Below are positions 59,751 through 64,000 of a DNA stretch of 64,000 nucleotides, piece by piece. The DNA comes from an uncultured Chloroflexia bacterium (lineage in GTDB: Bacteria > Chloroflexota > Limnocylindria > Limnocylindrales > CSP1-4), in assembly GCA_963749705.1 (NCBI GenBank), contig CAVVNQ010000016.1, positions 32,238 to 96,237 on the forward strand. Reading direction: 5' to 3'. The translations under genes and the position numbers were made by a program. The stretch's first letter is position 1; every line of letters starts with the position of its first letter. The notes beneath the pieces are model-generated. The model had not been told where the DNA came from and did not search any database. It worked only from the letters and a program-made list of their open reading frames with translations.

Positions 59751-60970
59751 CCGGGCGCCTCGGCCGCAAGCCCGCCCGTACCAGGTGCCGGCACGGCGAC
59801 CAGCAGCCGGAAGCCGCGATCGGGCATTGGCCCGGCCTCGACGCGGCCACCCAGCCTGGCGGCCCGCTCCCGCAGCCCGGCCAGGCCGACGCCGGCCCGC
59901 TCGCCAGGCGTCTCCTCGTGTGCCGCCGGCCCGCGCCCGTCGTCCACCACCTCCACCGCGCGCGAGGCGCCGTCGCTGATGACCCGGATCCGCGCCGTGG
60001 TGGCCTCGCTGTGCCGGAGCACGTTCGTCACCCCCTCGCGGACCGCCCAGCCGAGCACGGCGTCGACCTGACGGGGCAACCCCTCGGGCGCGGGCTCGAC
60101 CTCCCCGGTGATCCCGGCAGCGGCGAGGGCTGCCCGGGCACCGGCCAGCTCGATGGCCAGCGACGGCTCGCGGTAGCCGCTCACCGTCTCGCGAACCGAG
60201 GCGAGCGCTTCGCGGGACACGCGCTCGACATCGGCGATCTCCGCCTCGGCCCGGGCCGGGTCATCGGGGAGCAGCCGCCGGGCGAGCTCGCTCTTGAGCG
60301 TGATCACCGACAGGCTGTGGCCCAGCGTGTCGTGCAGGTCGCGGGCGATCCGGGCCCGCTCCTCGGCGACCGCAAGGTCCGCGAGATCTCGGCGTGCAGC
60401 CTGGAGCTCGCGGTTGGCGCGACCGAAGGCCGAGAGCGCGAACAGCGTGAGGCTGATCGTGCCCACCGTGACCCCGACATCGAGCCCGGCACCCGGGTCC
60501 GACGCGGCGTACCCGGTGGACAGCATGGCCGCCAGCGAGACGAGGCCCATCGCGGCCAGCGCCCGCCGTTCCGGCGCGATCCGGGCCGCGCTGACGCCGG
60601 CATAGAAGAACAGGGCCCCGGCGTCACCAACCCCCATGCCCACCTCGGCCACGACGGCGATCACGGTGATGGCCGCGACGGCGAGGGACAGCCACGAGCT
60701 CCGGATCCCCGGCCCGAACCGGTACCGGCTGAACAACGCCGCCAGTACGACCAGGAAGATCGACCAGCCCACGAGCAGCAGGATCAGCGCCGCCGGACCG
60801 GGCGCGTGCGTCAGGACCGACAGCAGCGGATAGAAGGTGAAGAAGGCGGTGGCCGCGAGGAACGGCAGGCGCAGCCCGGGCCGATCGATCACCCGTCCCA
60901 GCGGCGCGTCCTCGGACCGGGGCCCGGCAGCGTCCGCGTCGTCCGGCGTGATCGCGCCCGGGCTGCGCAT
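59747..60970 (-). CDS. DesK-like membrane histidine kinase (HisKA_3)
   Basis: ERARIARDLHDTLGHSL, REGVTNVLRH, DDGRG. Confidence 0.93.
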   Translation of the reverse strand: MRSPGAITPDDADAAGPRSEDAPLGRVIDRPGLRLPFLAATAFFTFYPLLSVLTHAPGPAALILLLVGWSIFLVVLAALFSRYRFGPGIRSSWLSLAVAAITVIAVVAEVGMGVGDAGALFFYAGVSAARIAPERRALAAMGLVSLAAMLSTGYAASDPGAGLDVGVTVGTISLTLFALSAFGRANRELQAARRDLADLAVAEERARIARDLHDTLGHSLSVITLKSELARRLLPDDPARAEAEIADVERVSREALASVRETVSGYREPSLAIELAGARAALAAAGITGEVEPAPEGLPRQVDAVLGWAVREGVTNVLRHSEATTARIRVISDGASRAVEVVDDGRGPAAHEETPGERAGVGLAGLRERAARLGGRVEAGPMPDRGFRLLVAVPAPGTGGLAAEAPG

Positions 60971-60975
60971 CGAGG

Positions 60976-61767
60976 TCAGGCTCGCCCCGACCGCTCGTCG
61001 GCGAGGTACCGCCACGTGGCGAGCGCGCCCAGCACGAGCGCCCACGCGCCGAGGACCAGGACGTCGACGCCATCGGGCGTGTGGCCGGCCGCGAGCGCCC
61101 GGCCGAGGCTTGCGAGGTGGGACGAGGGCAGCACGTGGCCAATCGTAGCGAGCGCGTCAGGGAACGCATCGAGCGGGGCGAACAGCCCGCCCAGGATCGC
61201 GAGGCTGAAGTAGCTGAGCACCATGCCGCCCTGGGCACTGTCCGCGTCGAGCAGGTAGCCGATCAGCAGGCCGAGCGCCGCGAACGGGAGCGAGCCGAGC
61301 GCGAGCGCCGCGATCACGAACAGCATCGTGCCATCGCCGAGCTGGACGTGGTTCACGACGACGCCGGCCAGCATGACCAGGAACAGGGCCGGGACGGTCA
61401 GGACGACGGCCGACACGACCTTGGCAACGACGTACGCCCGTCCTGACAACGGCGTGACCCGGAGCTGGCGGGCCCAGCCCTGGCGACGCTCGATGGCGAT
61501 CGGTGCCGCCTGGCTCATGGCCGCGCCCATGGCCCCGTACGCGGCCATCGAGACCAGGAAGTAGACGGGCCAGGCAAGGCCATCGATCGGGTCGCTGCCG
61601 ACGTCCGGCAGGATCGCCGTGTACAGCACATACAGGATCACCGGGAAGGCGATGGTGAACACCAGGTACCGGCGGTTCCGGAGCGAGCGACGAACCTCGA
61701 GGCGCAGGTAGGCGAGGAACGGGGAGGCAGCGAGGCCGGGGATGGCCAGGGCACGAGACGCAAGCAT
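60976..61767 (-). CDS. ABC-2 transporter permease
   Basis: IERRQGWARQLRVTPL, LGGLFAP; about 6 TM. Confidence 0.92.
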   Translation of the reverse strand: MLASRALAIPGLAASPFLAYLRLEVRRSLRNRRYLVFTIAFPVILYVLYTAILPDVGSDPIDGLAWPVYFLVSMAAYGAMGAAMSQAAPIAIERRQGWARQLRVTPLSGRAYVVAKVVSAVVLTVPALFLVMLAGVVVNHVQLGDGTMLFVIAALALGSLPFAALGLLIGYLLDADSAQGGMVLSYFSLAILGGLFAPLDAFPDALATIGHVLPSSHLASLGRALAAGHTPDGVDVLVLGAWALVLGALATWRYLADERSGRA

Positions 61768-61795
61768 GGGTCGGATCTCCGTTGGGGTTGTTGGG

Positions 61796-62749
61796 TCAGG
61801 CGGCGGCCGACGCGTCGGTCACGCCGCCGGTCAGGGCCAGGAAGGCGGCGTCGAGATCGGCGCCGGTGACCTCCAGGTGGCGGAAGGCGACGTTCGATGC
61901 CACGAGGGCGCGAACCGTCTCGTCGGCATCGCCCGTCAGGAGCGACACGGTCTCTCCGTGCCGTTCGGCCGAGATCACCCCGGGCAGGGACCGAAGCAGA
62001 TGATCGTCGCCGGCGTCGGTGGCCCCCCAGGCGAAACGGACGTTGCGCTCGGCGACGCTGCCCTTGAGCGCGGCCGGTGATCCGTCGGCGACCACGCGGC
62101 CGCGGTCGAGGACCACGATCCGGTCCGCCACCTGGTCCGCCTCGTCGAGATAGTGGGTCGCGAACAGCACGGTCCGGCCCTCGGCCGCGAACCGGCGCAT
62201 GTCGGCCCAGAACGCGCGCCGGCTCTCGACGTCCATGGCGACGGTGGGCTCGTCGAGGAACACCAGGTCCGGGTCACCGGCGATCGCGAGCGCGAACCGG
62301 ACCCGCTGGGTCTCACCGCCCGACAGGGTGTCTGCCCGGCGCCCGGCGAGCTCGATCAGGCCGGCGCGCTCGAGGACGGCGTCACGCGGCAGCGGCGCCG
62401 GGTACAGGCCCCGCGCGAGGTCGACCAGCTCGACCACGCGCGCGCCAACCGGCAGCGTCGCGGACTGGAGCATCGCGCCCACCCGGCCCGATCGCACCGC
62501 GTCGCGCGGTTCCAGGTCGAGGACCCGGGCCGTGCCGCCGGTCGGCTCGAGCAGCCCCAGCATCACGCCGATCGCCGTCGACTTGCCGGCACCGTTGGGT
62601 CCGAGGAGCGCGATCGTCTCGCCGATCCCGACCCCGAACCGGGCGTCGTCGAGCGCGAGGGTCGTGCCGAACCGGCGGGAGACGCCGTCGAACTCGACGG
62701 CCTGAAGGTGAGTCATGGGGAGGGACCTCTGGGACGCGGATGGAGTCAT
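61796..62749 (-). CDS. ABC transporter ATP-binding protein
   Basis: GPNGAGKS, LSGGE, FLDEPT, ATHYLDE; alternative start 62716. Confidence 0.95.
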   Translation of the reverse strand: MTPSASQRSLPMTHLQAVEFDGVSRRFGTTLALDDARFGVGIGETIALLGPNGAGKSTAIGVMLGLLEPTGGTARVLDLEPRDAVRSGRVGAMLQSATLPVGARVVELVDLARGLYPAPLPRDAVLERAGLIELAGRRADTLSGGETQRVRFALAIAGDPDLVFLDEPTVAMDVESRRAFWADMRRFAAEGRTVLFATHYLDEADQVADRIVVLDRGRVVADGSPAALKGSVAERNVRFAWGATDAGDDHLLRSLPGVISAERHGETVSLLTGDADETVRALVASNVAFRHLEVTGADLDAAFLALTGGVTDASAAA

Positions 62750-62806
62750 GCCCCGAGCATCGGCCCGATCCGGTCCCGCGCGAAGTCACGTGCGTCGGGA
62801 TCGCTC

Positions 62807-62822
62807 CATGACACCCGTCATG
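62807..62822. promoter_or_regulatory. inverted repeat CATGAC-ACCC-GTCATG, candidate DesR-type site
   Basis: About 60 nt upstream of the ABC/TCS operon. Confidence 0.45.
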
Positions 62823-62851
62823 CGGTCCGCCGGGGTCGGCGAGGGTCGGCG

Positions 62852-63937
62852 CTACCCGAAGATCCGGGCGAGCTCGTACGGCGCGGTCGTCTCCAGCTGG
62901 TCGTAGCGGCAGTCGGCCGGCGCCTTGTCCGGTCGCCAGCGCCGGAACGTCGTCGCGTGCCGGAAGCGGTCGCCCTGGAGGTGGTCGTAGGCGACCTCGA
63001 CCACGCGCTCCGCGCGCAGCGGCTCCCACGACAGGTCCTTGCCCCGGTTCCAGCGCGACGTCGCACCCGGCAGCCGCTGGCCGGAGGCGTCGGCCGCGCC
63101 CGCGGCCGCCCACTCGGCCCACTCGCCCCAGGGGTGGCCGTCGAGCGCACCCTCGCGCAGCGGTGCCAGCTCGTCGACCAGGGCGGCCCGCCGGTCCCAG
63201 GTGAACGATGACGTGATCCCCACGTGGTGGAGCGTCCCGGCATCGTCGAACAGGCCAAGGAGCAGCGACCCGACGTGCGTCCCCGGTCCGTTCTTGTGCC
63301 ACCGGAACCCGGCCACGACGCAGTCCGCGGTCCGCTCGTGCTTGATCTTGAACATCGCCCGCTTGCCGGGCAGGTACGCGCCGTCCAGCCGCTTGGCCAC
63401 GACGCCGTCCAGCCCGGCGCCCTCGAACCGGTCGAACCAGTCCGCGGCCAGCGCGCGATCGCGGGTCGCCGGCGTGAGGTGGATCGGCGGGACGGCGTCG
63501 CCCAGCACCCCCTCCAATCGCGCCCGCCGCTCCTCCTGGGGGACGGCGCGCAGGTCGTCGTCACGCAGCGCGAGCAGGTCCCACGCCACGAACGATGCCG
63601 GTGCCTCTGCCGCGAGCATCCGCACCCGGGATTCGGCGGGGTGGATCCGCAGCAGGAGGGCGCCGAAGTCGAGCGCGCCGCCGCGCGCGATGACGACCTC
63701 CCCATCGAGCACGCACCGCTCGGGCAGCTGGGCGAGGAACGGCTCGGCGAGCTCCGGGAAGTAGCGGTCGAGCGGCTTGAGGTCCCGGCTCTGCGTGTAC
63801 ACCTCGTCGCCGTCCCGGAACACGATCGCCCGGAACCCGTCCCACTTGGGCTCGTACAGCCAGCCGTCGCCGTCGGGCAGGTCGGAGGTCGCCTTGGCGA
63901 GCATCGGCTCGAGGGGCGGCGAGAACGGCAGGGACAT
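62852..63937 (-). CDS. ligC: ATP-dependent DNA ligase (LigC-type)
   Basis: EPKWDGFR, LDGEVV, GLDGVVAK, KIKHERTADCVV, WRPDK. Confidence 0.93.
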   Translation of the reverse strand: MSLPFSPPLEPMLAKATSDLPDGDGWLYEPKWDGFRAIVFRDGDEVYTQSRDLKPLDRYFPELAEPFLAQLPERCVLDGEVVIARGGALDFGALLLRIHPAESRVRMLAAEAPASFVAWDLLALRDDDLRAVPQEERRARLEGVLGDAVPPIHLTPATRDRALAADWFDRFEGAGLDGVVAKRLDGAYLPGKRAMFKIKHERTADCVVAGFRWHKNGPGTHVGSLLLGLFDDAGTLHHVGITSSFTWDRRAALVDELAPLREGALDGHPWGEWAEWAAAGAADASGQRLPGATSRWNRGKDLSWEPLRAERVVEVAYDHLQGDRFRHATTFRRWRPDKAPADCRYDQLETTAPYELARIFG

Positions 63938-64000
63938 GCGGGCACGATACCGCGGCCGGCCGCCCCGCATGGGGGATTGCGGGTTTCCACGGAACGACGC

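Overview
GC-rich bacterial chromosomal window with about 63 genes and no rRNA, tRNA, CRISPR, transposase or integrase seen. The gene repertoire suggests an actinobacteria-like or Chloroflexota (possibly Limnocylindria) genome; this is inference only. In order: (1) small stress-type genes (0.2-4.6 kb) sharing a spaced upstream direct-repeat motif; (2) a HExxH toxin-like gene with a coupled partner; (3) secreted proteins, two ECF sigma/beta-propeller anti-sigma pairs and a SARP-STAND-TM-solute-binding regulator; (4) a FadR-controlled four-subunit molybdo-hydroxylase operon; (5) a methyltransferase/epimerase/DUF2079/GT2-DUF2064 operon behind a two-component system; (6) a sulfur/redox cluster (DUF2892, ECF-zinc-finger fusion, ArsR, DUF302, OsmC, rhodanese); (7) pfkA and gltA; (8) the most notable locus: a CarH/LitR-type B12 photoreceptor next to a heliorhodopsin-SDR operon and a divergent furan/cyclopropane fatty-acid-type operon, with CarH-like 11-bp repeats at both promoters; (9) a TM-less MgtE domain protein with an Nramp-related transporter and a leader uORF; (10) ECF42/DGPF, a LigD-type primase-polymerase, a DesK/DesR-like system with an ABC exporter, and ligC. 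Four genes carry +1 frameshifts in short G/C runs, probably sequencing errors. All family assignments come from motif recognition, not database searches.
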